DNA from: Paracoccaceae bacterium | GTDB taxonomy: Bacteria; Pseudomonadota; Alphaproteobacteria; Rhodobacterales; Rhodobacteraceae | Length of the DNA: 64,000 nt | Direction of reading: 5' to 3' | Assembly: GCA_046313895.1 (NCBI GenBank) | Contig: JBKBWK010000013.1 | Coordinates: forward strand, 2,359-66,358 | Part shown: positions 8,057 to 18,621 of the stretch, piece by piece | Position numbering within the stretch: position 1 is the stretch's first letter | Layout of the letters: every line of letters begins with the position of its first letter | Notes under the pieces: model-generated | The model's input: the letters and a program-made list of their open reading frames with translations, nothing else | Told to the model about the DNA's origin: nothing | Databases searched by the model: none | Made by a program: the position numbers and the translations under genes

Positions 8057-10519
8057 TCACCTGGGGGTTAGGATGATGCTGCCGACGGCCGCCGCGCGGG
8101 CAAGGGCGGGATCAAGGCTCATCGGCACATAGTCGCCCCTGCGCCAGCGTTCCCCCAGATCGTCGTAGTGGCGCGACAGAGGGTGGCCCGATTGCCCGGT
8201 CGAGATCACGAAAACCGAACTGTCGGGGTCGGCAAAGTCGTACACCCCGCGATAGCCTGCACCATGCACGTTCAGATACGGGTTTGGACCGGTGCCCTTG
8301 GTGCGGCCCCGCATCAGAGTGTGGTCGCCGCCACTTGTCGATTGGCGGATGTTCACGAACCACTTCAGAAATGGCACCGTGCCCAGAACCGGATGGTCCT
8401 GTGTCGCTTCATGCGCCTGACCCCAGCGCCAGCTTTCAGGGTTCTGCCCATAGGTTGCGGTCAACTGGATTAATGCCTCGTCCAAGGCGATGCGCGCAAG
8501 ATCCGGGCAGGTTTCCAGCGCAGCAGACTGGATCACATCGCACCACACCGCCGCACCGCCGGTATTGCGGAACACCCGGTCGATGAACACCGGATCGGGA
8601 TGGATGATGCTGTCGGCAAGTGGCCCCAACTCGTCGCGGATCAGGCGGTCGTTCAGCGCCCGAAGCCACGCCATATAGATCAGCGGCTCGGGCAGATGTT
8701 CGTTCATCTCGCCGTTCCATTCGGCCAGAAGCGACAAAGCCCGCTGGCGCAGACGTTCGGGCGTGCCGTCGGGTGCGGCCTCGCCGGTGAACCAAAGCTC
8801 TGACCCGATCAGCGGCAGAATGGCGCGCGCGGTTGGCGACACGGTATCAAGCTGCGCCTCGATAAAGCTTTCGCGGGTATGCACCTCGCGGGTTTTCATC
8901 AGCGTGAGCCAGCGCTGGATGCGCTGCGTGTCGCCCCAAAGGAATGACAAATGGTCAGGAAACGGGCGGCTGACGGTCTTGTTGTTGGTATTGCCCAAAA
9001 TCCCGCTGGTCGGGTTCACAATGCGCGGATTGGTGTCATAGGGTTGCACGCCAAGCCAGCGGGTTTCCGCCGTGGTGCCAAGGGCGGGCAGACGGCCTTC
9101 GGTCGGGTGTCCCGCATCGCGGCGTGGAACATGGCCGATCACCTGCAACGCAATTCCCGTCTCATCGGCGAGCATCAGGTTCTGGGCCGGGGCAACGAAC
9201 AGACGGCCTGCCTCGATCGCCTCGGGGATGGATGTGGCGCGCATCACCCGCATGGCCGCCGTCATGGTGGTATCCGCCCCAGTCATCGCGGTCCAGGACA
9301 GGGCGGCCACATGACCGGGCGGTGTGACCGACGCCAGATCGTAATGCGACCCCGGCAGCACCGGTCCGGCTTCGGACCAGCGCAGGGTGATGGTGACGGG
9401 CGGCTCGCCCTTGACCTGAAGGATCGACCGGCGGGTGGTAAAGGGTTTGAACCCGGTCGCGGTTTCATATTGTTCGCTGTTGGCGGGATTGAGTTTTTCC
9501 ATGACCAGATCCTGATCATCGACATAAGACGAGGTCAGCCCCCAACCCACCGCCGCCGACCGACCGATCAGGATGCTGGGCACACCGGGAATGGTAGCGC
9601 CGATCACGCCCCCTGATTGCAGCTCCAGCCGGGCCAGATACCAGATCGTAGGTGCAGTAAAGCCGAGATGCGGATCATTGGCCAGAAGCGTGCCGCCCGC
9701 CGCCGACCGGCCCGGTACGGCCGCCCAGGCGTTAGAGGCCCCCGCAAAATCAAGGCGCGGAAACGGCGACAGCGGATCGTTGGTCGCCAGCCGGAGCGCG
9801 GCACTGGACGGCGCAACCCCCGGCACAAGAGCGGCATAGTCGGGCAGGGCGGTGACGGCCTGACCCGGATCATCGGGCAGGATATCGCGCAGCCGTTCGG
9901 CCGACAGCAGCATCGACATCCGCGCCCGCAGCACCTCGGCTTCCAGATGACCCGACAGTTGCAAGGCCATCAGCTTCAGGATGGCGATGGAATCCGCAGG
10001 TGCCCAAGCCGCGATTTCGTTCGAGAAGAAAAAGAACTCTGGCGCGCCACGCCCACGTGCACCTTCATTGATCTGTCCGATCCATGCGTTGACCCCGGCG
10101 GAATACGACTCAAGCGCCGAGCGGGTGTCGGCGTCCTGCGCCTCGACCGATTGCAGCGACAGGGTGTAAAGATCGTAGCGGCGCATCAGCTCGTCGATCT
10201 TCACCGTGCGTTTTCCGAAAACCTCGGACAGCCGCCCTTGCGCGGTGCGCCGCAGCATCGTCATCTGCCACAAGCGGTCCTGCGCATGTGCAAAGCCAAG
10301 GGCAAAGTACACATCCGCATCTGTCGCACCAAAGATGTGCGGCACACTGTCATTGTTGCGCAGGATTTCCACGGGGGCCGAAATTCCGGAAATCGTGAAG
10401 GATTCCGAATAGTTCGGGATCGAGCGTTCCAGAAAATAATAGACCGCCATCAGACAAAGCAGCCCCAGAGCGACCAGCCCGGTCAACAGACGCAAGAGCC
10501 AACGGAAAACGGTAAGCAT
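8057..10519 (-). CDS. Penicillin acylase family Ntn-hydrolase, membrane-anchored
   Basis: VPHIFG, GFAHAQDRLWQM, beta-chain start ASNAW, LANDPHL, GQSGHP. Start set at MLTVFRWLL (N-terminal TM). Confidence 0.88.
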   Translation of the reverse strand: MLTVFRWLLRLLTGLVALGLLCLMAVYYFLERSIPNYSESFTISGISAPVEILRNNDSVPHIFGATDADVYFALGFAHAQDRLWQMTMLRRTAQGRLSEVFGKRTVKIDELMRRYDLYTLSLQSVEAQDADTRSALESYSAGVNAWIGQINEGARGRGAPEFFFFSNEIAAWAPADSIAILKLMALQLSGHLEAEVLRARMSMLLSAERLRDILPDDPGQAVTALPDYAALVPGVAPSSAALRLATNDPLSPFPRLDFAGASNAWAAVPGRSAAGGTLLANDPHLGFTAPTIWYLARLELQSGGVIGATIPGVPSILIGRSAAVGWGLTSSYVDDQDLVMEKLNPANSEQYETATGFKPFTTRRSILQVKGEPPVTITLRWSEAGPVLPGSHYDLASVTPPGHVAALSWTAMTGADTTMTAAMRVMRATSIPEAIEAGRLFVAPAQNLMLADETGIALQVIGHVPRRDAGHPTEGRLPALGTTAETRWLGVQPYDTNPRIVNPTSGILGNTNNKTVSRPFPDHLSFLWGDTQRIQRWLTLMKTREVHTRESFIEAQLDTVSPTARAILPLIGSELWFTGEAAPDGTPERLRQRALSLLAEWNGEMNEHLPEPLIYMAWLRALNDRLIRDELGPLADSIIHPDPVFIDRVFRNTGGAAVWCDVIQSAALETCPDLARIALDEALIQLTATYGQNPESWRWGQAHEATQDHPVLGTVPFLKWFVNIRQSTSGGDHTLMRGRTKGTGPNPYLNVHGAGYRGVYDFADPDSSVFVISTGQSGHPLSRHYDDLGERWRRGDYVPMSLDPALARAAAVGSIILTPR

Positions 10520-10600
10520 GTGGGGCCTGTTCTTGACGGCAGGGTTGGGCCTGTTACCTAAGGCATCGACGACAAAAGGGCAATGCGAAGGGAGGCTGTG

Positions 10601-11464
10601 ATGGCAAAGGTGGCATTCTTGGGTTTGGGCGTGATGGGGTTCCCGATGGCGGGCCATCTGGCGGCCAAGGGACACGAAGTGACGGTCTACAACCGTAGCC
10701 CGGCGAAGGCGCAGGCGTGGGTGGCAAAACACGGTGGCCGTTCGGCCGCGACCCCGCGTGAGGCGGCGCAGGGGCAGGATTTCGTGATGGCCTGTGTCGG
10801 CAATGACGATGACCTGCGCGGGGTCTGCACCGGGCCGGACGGCGCTTTTGCCGGGATGGGAAAAGGCGCCATTTTCGTTGATCACACCACAGTTTCGGCG
10901 CAAGTCACGCGCGAGCTGTCGGATCTGGCGGCGGGCATGGGGCTTGGCTTTGTCGATGCACCGCTCTCGGGCGGGCAGGCGGGGGCTGAAAACGGTCAGC
11001 TTTCGGTGATGTGCGGCGGGGCTCAGGATCAATATGACCGGGCCGAACCCGTGATCAACGCCTATGCCCGGATCTGCCGCCGTCTGGGCGAGTCCGGCGC
11101 GGGCCAGATTGCCAAAATGATGAACCAGATCTGCATTGCCGGTCTGGTGCAGGGGCTGGCCGAAGCCCTCGCCTTTGGCGAAAAAGCCGGTCTTGATGGC
11201 GAAAAGGTGATCGAGGTGATCAGCCAGGGCGCGGCTGGATCATGGCAGATGCAGAACCGGTACAAGACCATGCTGGAAGACCGGTTCGACTTTGGCTTTG
11301 CCGTGGACTGGATGCGCAAGGATCTGGGCATTTGCCTTGCCACCGCCAATGATATCGGGGCGTCGCTGCCGGTCACGGCCCTTGTGGACCAGTTTTACAA
11401 GGATGTTCAGCGCATGGGCGGCGGGCGCAACGACACCAGCAGCCTGATCCGTCGGCTGCGCTGA
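10601..11464 (+). CDS. 3-hydroxyisobutyrate dehydrogenase family NAD(P) oxidoreductase
   Basis: FLGLGVMG, DAPLSGG, KMMNQ, MRKDLG. Confidence 0.88.
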   Translation: MAKVAFLGLGVMGFPMAGHLAAKGHEVTVYNRSPAKAQAWVAKHGGRSAATPREAAQGQDFVMACVGNDDDLRGVCTGPDGAFAGMGKGAIFVDHTTVSAQVTRELSDLAAGMGLGFVDAPLSGGQAGAENGQLSVMCGGAQDQYDRAEPVINAYARICRRLGESGAGQIAKMMNQICIAGLVQGLAEALAFGEKAGLDGEKVIEVISQGAAGSWQMQNRYKTMLEDRFDFGFAVDWMRKDLGICLATANDIGASLPVTALVDQFYKDVQRMGGGRNDTSSLIRRLR

Positions 11465-11516
11465 CCCAGATAGACTGTCCCTGCCGGTGGCTTTCACAGC
11501 ACCGGCAGGGCAGGCG

Positions 11517-12080
11517 CTATGGAATGATCCGGTTGTATTTGACACCGGTCAACGTTGCCCCGGCGATAAAGCCCTGTTGGCCAAACACCAATGCAATGAC
11601 CGGGTCAAGCTCGGTTGTTTCCTTGCCCAAAGACGCGCCTTGAGCCGGAGTGGCATAGCGCAGATCCGCACCGGCCGCCCAGCCTTGACCGCGGCGGAAC
11701 TGACCAAGGGCTGCTTCGGTCATGAAAAACAAGGCGTGAGCGTATTGCTGTGCGCCGATCTGAAGGCCAAAGGTCGCGCGGGTGGCCGAGTAATAATCCA
11801 CCGACACTCCGCCCACGCGCAACGCGCCCCGGCCATAGCCGCCGCCATAGATCAGACCGGCTTCGGTGATCAGCGGCATATACAGAACACCCGCCGCCCG
11901 GTTTGCCAGATCCCGCGTGCCGGGAAAGCTGTTGAACAGGAATTCCTGCGTTGCGTTCACGCGGGCGTCGATCTGGGTTGCGCCACCACTGCCAACCCCG
12001 TTGCCACAGGCCGCCAGCAGGCTTGTGGCCCCGGTCGCACAAAGGAATACACGTCTGGAAAGTCCGCCGGATTGAATCAT
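11517..12080 (-). CDS. YSC84/SYLF-domain protein, probable Tat-exported lipoprotein
   Basis: SRRVFL twin-arginine motif, LAAC lipobox, GGGYGRGAL, FGLQIGAQ. Confidence 0.75.
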   Translation of the reverse strand: MIQSGGLSRRVFLCATGATSLLAACGNGVGSGGATQIDARVNATQEFLFNSFPGTRDLANRAAGVLYMPLITEAGLIYGGGYGRGALRVGGVSVDYYSATRATFGLQIGAQQYAHALFFMTEAALGQFRRGQGWAAGADLRYATPAQGASLGKETTELDPVIALVFGQQGFIAGATLTGVKYNRIIP

Positions 12081-12227
12081 GAGTTTTGCCTTCTGCCTCT
12101 CGTGGCCGCCAAAGGGCGGAATAGGGCTCTTCTGGCCCTGTTGCACTAGATATAGCGGCATTTTGGCTGCTTGTCATGCGGTCTTGGTGGCGCTGGCGGC
12201 AGATTGCCGATGCAGCCCTGCATCAGG

Positions 12228-13235
12228 TCAGCCGCGACCGGCACGCAGGGCGCGGGCCACTTCGGGGGCGAAATAGGTCAGCACCCCATCACAACCGGCC
12301 CGGCGAAACGCCATCAGGCTTTCCAGCATCACCCGTTCGCCGTCGATCCATCCGTTCAGCGCGGCCGCCTTGATCATCGCGTATTCGCCCGACACCTGAT
12401 AGGCATACGTCGGCGCGCCAAACGCCGCCTTTACCCGATAGCAGATGTCGAGATACGGCATGCCCGGCTTGACCATTACCATGTCGGCGCCCTCGGACAG
12501 GTCGCGCTCGATCAAGCGGATCGCCTCGTCACTGTTTGCGGGGTTCATCTGATAGGTTTTTTTGTCGCCCGTCAGCACACCGGACGCCCCCACCGCGTCG
12601 CGGAACGGGCCGTAAAACGCGCTGGCATATTTCGCGGCATAAGACATGATCGCCACGTCCTTGTGACCTGCCGCTTCAAGCGCCGCCCGCATCGCCGCAA
12701 TCCGGCCATCCATCATGTCGGACGGACCCAGAATATCGGCCCCGCTGTCGGCCTGCGCCAAGGACATCTTGACCAAGGCCTCGATGGATTCGTCATTCAG
12801 AATGATGCCGTCGCGCACCAGACCGTCGTGGCCATTGGCATTATAGGGATCCAACGCCACATCGGTCATCACGGCAATCTCGGGCACCTCGGCCTTGATC
12901 GCGCGAATGGCCCGGTTGGCAAGATTGTCGGGGTTCCACGCCTCTTCGCAGCCGACCGTCTTTTTCGACGGATCGGTATAGGGAAACAGGCAGATCGCCG
13001 GGATCCCAAGGCTGGCGGCGTCTTCCGCGGCCTTGACCACCATATCCACGCTCAGCCGGTCCACGCCGGGCATCGACGCAATCGGTTCGCGCAGGTTTTG
13101 TCCGTCTCGCACGAACACCGGCCAGATCAGGTCGTTCACGGACAAGGTGTTTTCCTGCGCCAAGGCCCGCAGGGCGGCGGTGCGGCGCAAACGACGGAAA
13201 CGTGAAGTAGGTGTCGGGGCAACGGTGGGGCGCAT
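12228..13235 (-). CDS. hemB: Porphobilinogen synthase (Asp-rich, no Cys-Zn site)
   Basis: DVALDPYNANGHDG, SDMMDGR, YGPFRDA, MVKPG, YQVSGEY. Confidence 0.95.
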   Translation of the reverse strand: MRPTVAPTPTSRFRRLRRTAALRALAQENTLSVNDLIWPVFVRDGQNLREPIASMPGVDRLSVDMVVKAAEDAASLGIPAICLFPYTDPSKKTVGCEEAWNPDNLANRAIRAIKAEVPEIAVMTDVALDPYNANGHDGLVRDGIILNDESIEALVKMSLAQADSGADILGPSDMMDGRIAAMRAALEAAGHKDVAIMSYAAKYASAFYGPFRDAVGASGVLTGDKKTYQMNPANSDEAIRLIERDLSEGADMVMVKPGMPYLDICYRVKAAFGAPTYAYQVSGEYAMIKAAALNGWIDGERVMLESLMAFRRAGCDGVLTYFAPEVARALRAGRG

Positions 13236-13345
13236 GACGGGGCTCGTGTTGGGGCAGGGACTTGCAGCTTTGGCTCTTGCCTGCCATGGAATGGCGCAGG
13301 GCTGCAAGCCTCGCGCGTGAATTCAGGCAAAAGGTGCGACCTGTC

Positions 13346-13855
13346 GTGAAATGGTATGAGCTGATTTTCGTTCTGATCGACATGCGGTCGTTTTCCAGCT
13401 TGTGGTACTGGATTGCGCTTGCCGTGCTGTGGTCGTCGGTCAGCCATTGGGTGCTGGGTGTTCCGTTCGACCTGATCAACCGGGCCCGCAGACATGGGGG
13501 CGAGGCAGCAGAAGATCTTGCCGCCCTGGCCCGGATCAATGCCCGCCGCATGCTCTATATCTCGCGCAATGGCGGGCTGTGGGTGATCGGGTTCACCGCT
13601 TTTCTGCTGACGATTCTGGGGCTGCTCGCGATCCTTTACCGCGTCGAACTGGCGCAGGCGGTCTTTCTGATGTTCGCCCCGATGGTTCTGGTCACCTATC
13701 TGTCACTGCGAGTGGCTTTGCGCGTGGAACGCGATGCGCCGATTGGCGACGCACTGGTGCGGGTCTTGATGCGGCATCGCTTTGTTGTGCAGTTGATCGG
13801 CATGATCGCCATCTTTGTCACCGCCATGTTTGGCATGTTTCAGAACATAAGCTGA
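13346..13855 (+). CDS. Conserved membrane protein of unknown function (about 4 TM)
   Basis: IDMRSFSSLWYWI...HWVLGVPFD; hydrophobic helices; GTG start inferred. Confidence 0.7.
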   Translation: MKWYELIFVLIDMRSFSSLWYWIALAVLWSSVSHWVLGVPFDLINRARRHGGEAAEDLAALARINARRMLYISRNGGLWVIGFTAFLLTILGLLAILYRVELAQAVFLMFAPMVLVTYLSLRVALRVERDAPIGDALVRVLMRHRFVVQLIGMIAIFVTAMFGMFQNIS

Positions 13856-13912
13856 CGATCAGCCCTGCGGCAGGCCTTGACGGGCGGCGGATGGGGCGTA
13901 GCTAAGGGCGCA

Positions 13913-16900
13913 ATGACCAAGACGATTTCCCCAGACCGTATCATTCTGGGCGGCGCGCCCGAAGGGTTCGACGCACGGCTGTTGTCACGCGAGTTGAGCC
14001 GCGGTGCCCCGGTGATCCATATCGCCCGCGACGATAAGCGGATGGAGGCGATGCGCGCGGCCTTGGCGGTCATGGCACCGGGCGCGGTGGTTCTTGATTT
14101 TCCGGCATGGGATTGTCTGCCCTATGACCGGGTATCGCCCAACCCCGACATCGCGGCGCGGCGGATGGCCACTCTGGCGGCCTTGGCCGTCGGGGTTCCG
14201 GGACCGTTCGTTCTGCTGACGACCTTGAACGCGGCGACACAACGAGTGCTATCGCGTGCAACCGTCGCGGCCAGCAGCTTTACCGCACAGGTCGGCGCGC
14301 GGGTCGATGAGGGGCAGTTGAAGGCCTTTCTGTCACGCATGGGGTTTTCGCCGGTGTCCACCGTGTCCGAGGCCGGCGATTATGCCGTGCGTGGTGGGAT
14401 CATCGACATCTTCCCGCCCGGCCACCCCGGCCCGGTGCGGCTTGATTTCTTTGGTGACGTGCTGGATGGGTTGCGCCGGTTTGATCCTGCCACGCAGCGC
14501 ACCGTGGAAAAGCTGACAGCGGTGGATCTGTCTCCGGTGTCCGAGGTTATTCTGGACGATGCGGCCATCACCCGGTTCCGGCAGGCTTACCGCATTGAGT
14601 TTGGCGTCTCGGGGTCGGACGATCCGCTGTACGAGGCGGTCAGCGCCGGGCGCAAGCATCAGGGCATGGAGCATTGGCTTGGCCTGTTCCACGACCGGCT
14701 GGAGACCATCTTTGACTATCTGCCGACAGCGTCGGTGATGCTGGATGACCAGTTCACGCCAATTCGGTTGTCCCGGTGGGAAGGCATTGACGACGCTTAT
14801 GATTCCCGGCGCGATGCGTTGACCGCGAAGGGGCGCCTGGACACGGTTTACAAGCCAGCGGCACCGGGCTTGCTGTATCTGGACGATGCGGCGTGGGAGG
14901 CCGCTGTGGCCGGGCATCGGGTGGTGCAGTTTTCGCCCTACGCGCAAAGCCCCGGCCCCGGCGTGCTGGATGCAGGGGGGCGGCAAGGGCGCAATTTTGC
15001 GCCCGAACGACAAATGGAATCCGTAAGCCTTTTCGGTGCCTTGGTTGATCATCTTCGGGTCTTGCGTGAAGACGGGCAGGTGGTGATTGCCAGTTGGTCC
15101 GAAGGTGCGCGCGAACGTCTGGAAGGTCTTTTGCAGGATCAGGGTCTGGCAGACGCAAAGCGCATCAAGGACATGCGCGACGTGCCCGATGGCCGGGGTG
15201 GGCTTTACCTTTTGGTCTGGGCGCTGGAGTCGGGTTTTGTTGCGCCAGGGTTGGCGGTTGTGTCCGAACAGGACGTTCTGGGCGACCGGATGGTGGGCAA
15301 GCCGCGGCGCAAGCGCAAGGCAGACAACTTCCTGCGCGAGGTCGATACCCTGACCCCCGGCGATCTGGTGGTGCATGTCGAACACGGCGTCGGGCGCTAT
15401 CTGGGGTTGGAGACGATCACCGCCCTTGGCGCGCCACATGCTTGCGTGGCGCTGGAATATGCCGAAGGTGCAAAGCTGTATCTGCCGGTCGAAAACATCG
15501 AACTGCTGTCGCGTTATGGTCACGAGGAAGGCTTGCTTGACCGTCTGGGTGGCGGCGCCTGGCAGGCCAAGAAGGCCAAGCTAAAGGAACGCATCAAGGA
15601 AATCGCGGATCGGCTGATGCGGATTGCCGCCGAGCGCGCGCTGCGCCACGCGCCCATTCTGGAGGCACCGCACGCGATCTGGGAAGCCTTTGCCGCACGC
15701 TTTCCCTATCAGGAAACCGATGACCAGTTGGCGGCGATTGCCGATGTGGTGGCGGATCTTGAAAAGGGCAGCCCGATGGACCGCCTTGTGGTCGGCGATG
15801 TCGGCTTCGGCAAGACCGAGGTCGCGATGCGGGCCGCCTTTGTTGCCGCCATGTCGGGGATGCAGGTCGCGGTGATCTGCCCGACAACCTTGCTTGCCCG
15901 TCAGCATTACCGCAGCTTTGCCGAGCGGTTTCGTGGATTTCCCATCACCGTCAAACCCTTGTCCCGCTTTGTCTCGACCAGGGACGCCAACGCCACACGC
16001 GCGGGTATGGCGGATGGCACCGTCGATATCGTGGTGGGCACCCATGCCCTTTTGGCCAAGGCGGTGCGGTTCAAGAACCTTGGTCTTCTGGTGATCGACG
16101 AGGAACAGCATTTTGGCGTCAGCCACAAGGAACGGCTGAAGGAAATGCGGTCTGAGGTGCATGTGCTGACCCTGACGGCAACACCGATCCCTCGCACGTT
16201 GCAACTGAGCCTTGCAGGTGTGCGCGATCTGTCAATCATCGCGACACCTCCGGTGGACCGTCTGGCCATCCGCACCTATGTGAGTGAATTCGATTCGGTC
16301 ACCATCCGCGAGGCGTTGCTTCGCGAACGGTTCCGGGGCGGGCAGTCGTTCTACGTGGTGCCGCGCATCTCGGACCTGCACGAGATTGAAGATTTCCTGC
16401 GCAACCATGTGCCGGAGGTGTCCTACGTGATCGCGCACGGCCAGTTGGCGGCGGGCGATCTGGACGAGCGCATGAACGAGTTTTACGACGGCAAGTACGA
16501 TGTGCTGCTGGCGACGACAATCGTGGAAAGCGGGCTGGATATTCCGACCGCCAATACCATGATCATCCATCGCGGCGACATGTTCGGCCTGTCGCAGTTG
16601 TATCAAATCCGCGGCCGGGTAGGGCGGTCCAAGACGCGGGCGTATTGCTATCTGACGACGAAACCGCGCAACCCGTTGACGCCGCAGGCGCAGAAGCGAT
16701 TGAAACTGCTGGGCTCGCTGGACAATCTTGGGGCGGGATTCACGCTTGCGAGCCACGATCTGGATCTGCGCGGTGCGGGCAACCTGTTGGGCGAGGAACA
16801 GTCGGGGCATATCCGCGAAGTTGGCTATGAACTCTATCAGCAGATGCTGGAAGAAACGATTGCCAAGATCAAATCGGGCGAGATCAATGGCTTGGCCCCG

Positions 16901-17368
16901 ATTGATGATGCTTGGTCGCCGCAGTTGAACCTGGGTCTGCCGGTGATGATCCCCGAAGATTACGTCACCGATCTTGACGTGCGGCTTGGCCTCTACCGGC
17001 GCCTGTCGGGTCTGACCACCAAGGTCGAGCTGGAAGGCTTTGCCGCCGAGCTGATCGACCGTTTCGGTCCCTTGCCGAAAGAGGTCAATACCCTGATGCT
17101 GATCGTGCGGATCAAGGCGATGGCGAAACGCGCCGGGATTTCCCGCATTGATGCCGGGCCAAAGGGGGCCACGATCCAGTTCCACAACGACAAGTTCGGC
17201 AACCCGGCAGGGTTGGTCGATTTCATCAAGGCCGAAGGCGTGGGCGCAAAGGTGCAGGGCAACAAGATCGTGCTGATGCGTGACTGGAAGTCTGAGGCCG
17301 ACCGGATCAAGGGTGCCTTTGCCATCGCCCGCGATCTTGCCGAAAAGATCGTGCGGCCAAAGCGTTAG
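13913..17368 (+). CDS. mfd: Transcription-repair coupling factor
   Basis: WDCLPYDRVSP, GDVGFGKTEVA, DEEQHFG, QIRGRVGRS, TRCF C-terminus. Confidence 0.97.
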   Translation: MTKTISPDRIILGGAPEGFDARLLSRELSRGAPVIHIARDDKRMEAMRAALAVMAPGAVVLDFPAWDCLPYDRVSPNPDIAARRMATLAALAVGVPGPFVLLTTLNAATQRVLSRATVAASSFTAQVGARVDEGQLKAFLSRMGFSPVSTVSEAGDYAVRGGIIDIFPPGHPGPVRLDFFGDVLDGLRRFDPATQRTVEKLTAVDLSPVSEVILDDAAITRFRQAYRIEFGVSGSDDPLYEAVSAGRKHQGMEHWLGLFHDRLETIFDYLPTASVMLDDQFTPIRLSRWEGIDDAYDSRRDALTAKGRLDTVYKPAAPGLLYLDDAAWEAAVAGHRVVQFSPYAQSPGPGVLDAGGRQGRNFAPERQMESVSLFGALVDHLRVLREDGQVVIASWSEGARERLEGLLQDQGLADAKRIKDMRDVPDGRGGLYLLVWALESGFVAPGLAVVSEQDVLGDRMVGKPRRKRKADNFLREVDTLTPGDLVVHVEHGVGRYLGLETITALGAPHACVALEYAEGAKLYLPVENIELLSRYGHEEGLLDRLGGGAWQAKKAKLKERIKEIADRLMRIAAERALRHAPILEAPHAIWEAFAARFPYQETDDQLAAIADVVADLEKGSPMDRLVVGDVGFGKTEVAMRAAFVAAMSGMQVAVICPTTLLARQHYRSFAERFRGFPITVKPLSRFVSTRDANATRAGMADGTVDIVVGTHALLAKAVRFKNLGLLVIDEEQHFGVSHKERLKEMRSEVHVLTLTATPIPRTLQLSLAGVRDLSIIATPPVDRLAIRTYVSEFDSVTIREALLRERFRGGQSFYVVPRISDLHEIEDFLRNHVPEVSYVIAHGQLAAGDLDERMNEFYDGKYDVLLATTIVESGLDIPTANTMIIHRGDMFGLSQLYQIRGRVGRSKTRAYCYLTTKPRNPLTPQAQKRLKLLGSLDNLGAGFTLASHDLDLRGAGNLLGEEQSGHIREVGYELYQQMLEETIAKIKSGEINGLAPIDDAWSPQLNLGLPVMIPEDYVTDLDVRLGLYRRLSGLTTKVELEGFAAELIDRFGPLPKEVNTLMLIVRIKAMAKRAGISRIDAGPKGATIQFHNDKFGNPAGLVDFIKAEGVGAKVQGNKIVLMRDWKSEADRIKGAFAIARDLAEKIVRPKR

Positions 17369-18567
17369 ATCCGCCTGACCACGGCATAGGCTAGACCCGA
17401 AAACAGCGTCACGCCGATCATCAGCGGCAAGGGTGTGCCGTTGTAGGCCAGCCCCACCGGGGCTGCCAGCAGCACCGAAAACACGGTGGACAGAGCGCCC
17501 ACCACCGATGCCGCCATCCCGGCGATATGCCCCACGGGTTCCAGCGCCATTGCGTTCAGGTTGCCAATGGTCATGCCCACCATGAAGAACACACCGATGG
17601 TCCAGACCAGATAGGCGTAAAATTCAAGCGACTCGGGCCAAAGGGTCAACCCAAAGGCCAGAACAAATCCCGACGACACCAGCATTTGCGTGGCAAAAGC
17701 CACCCGCACCAACCGGCGCATCCCAAGTTTCATCACCAACGACGCGTTCAGCAGCGATGATGTGCCCGACACCAGCGCGATCAGGGCAAAATACAGCGGA
17801 AAACTCTCGCCCCGTGCATAGGTCTGGTCGAACAGTTGCTGGGTGGACGACAGCGTTCCGAACAGCGCCGCAAATCCAAGGGTTTGCGCCAAGATCGACA
17901 GGCGGATGCTGCGCAGAGACAGCACCTCTTTCAGTGCAGCCCACAACGGGGCCGCGCGAAACGGACGGCGCGCAGCCGGCAGCAGGGTTTCGGGCTGGCG
18001 CAGGGTTAGCCACAGGACTGTCACGCCGGAAAAGATCAAGAATGCCAGAAAAATGCTGCGCCAGCCAAAGCCTGCGATGATGAATTGCCCGAACAGCGGT
18101 GCCACGGCAGGGACAAGGGTAAAGATCATCATGGCAAAGCTGACGATCCGCGCCATCCTCGGGCCGGAGTGCAGGTCACGCACCAACGCCAGGGACACCA
18201 CGCGCGGGCCTGCCGCACCCAGACCTTGCAGCACCCGCGCAGCCAGCATGGTTTCCAGTGTGGGCGCGACATAGGCCAGCAGAGCGCCCGTGCAATACAG
18301 GATCGCGCCGACCATGATCATCGTCTTGCGTCCGTAACTGTCGGACAAAGGCCCCGCGAACAGGGTGCCAATCCCCATGCCAAACACAAAGCTGGTCAGG
18401 GTAAGCTGTGCCTTGTTGGGCGCATCGGGCGACAACTCGGCCGCAATCTGGGGCAAGGCTGGCAGCATCGCGTCGATTGAAAACGCGATGGTGGCAAACA
18501 ACATGGCGATCAGCGCGATGAATTCGGTCTGACCAAGGGCGCGTTGTTGGGGCAGGGATTGAGACAT
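17365..18567 (-). CDS. Bcr/CflA-family MFS efflux transporter
   Basis: SIDAMLPALP, GPLSDSYGRK motif A, about 12 TM. Confidence 0.88.
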   Translation of the reverse strand: MSQSLPQQRALGQTEFIALIAMLFATIAFSIDAMLPALPQIAAELSPDAPNKAQLTLTSFVFGMGIGTLFAGPLSDSYGRKTMIMVGAILYCTGALLAYVAPTLETMLAARVLQGLGAAGPRVVSLALVRDLHSGPRMARIVSFAMMIFTLVPAVAPLFGQFIIAGFGWRSIFLAFLIFSGVTVLWLTLRQPETLLPAARRPFRAAPLWAALKEVLSLRSIRLSILAQTLGFAALFGTLSSTQQLFDQTYARGESFPLYFALIALVSGTSSLLNASLVMKLGMRRLVRVAFATQMLVSSGFVLAFGLTLWPESLEFYAYLVWTIGVFFMVGMTIGNLNAMALEPVGHIAGMAASVVGALSTVFSVLLAAPVGLAYNGTPLPLMIGVTLFSGLAYAVVRRI

Positions 18568-18621
18568 GGAAGGTGTCCTTTCCGCGCCTCGCTATCATGG
18601 CGGCGCGGTCGGGACCACAGG

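Noticed and set aside
10520-11032. N-terminal extension making the acylase 991 aa
   Set aside because: It overlaps the divergent dehydrogenase gene; the plausible start is MLTVFRW at 10519.
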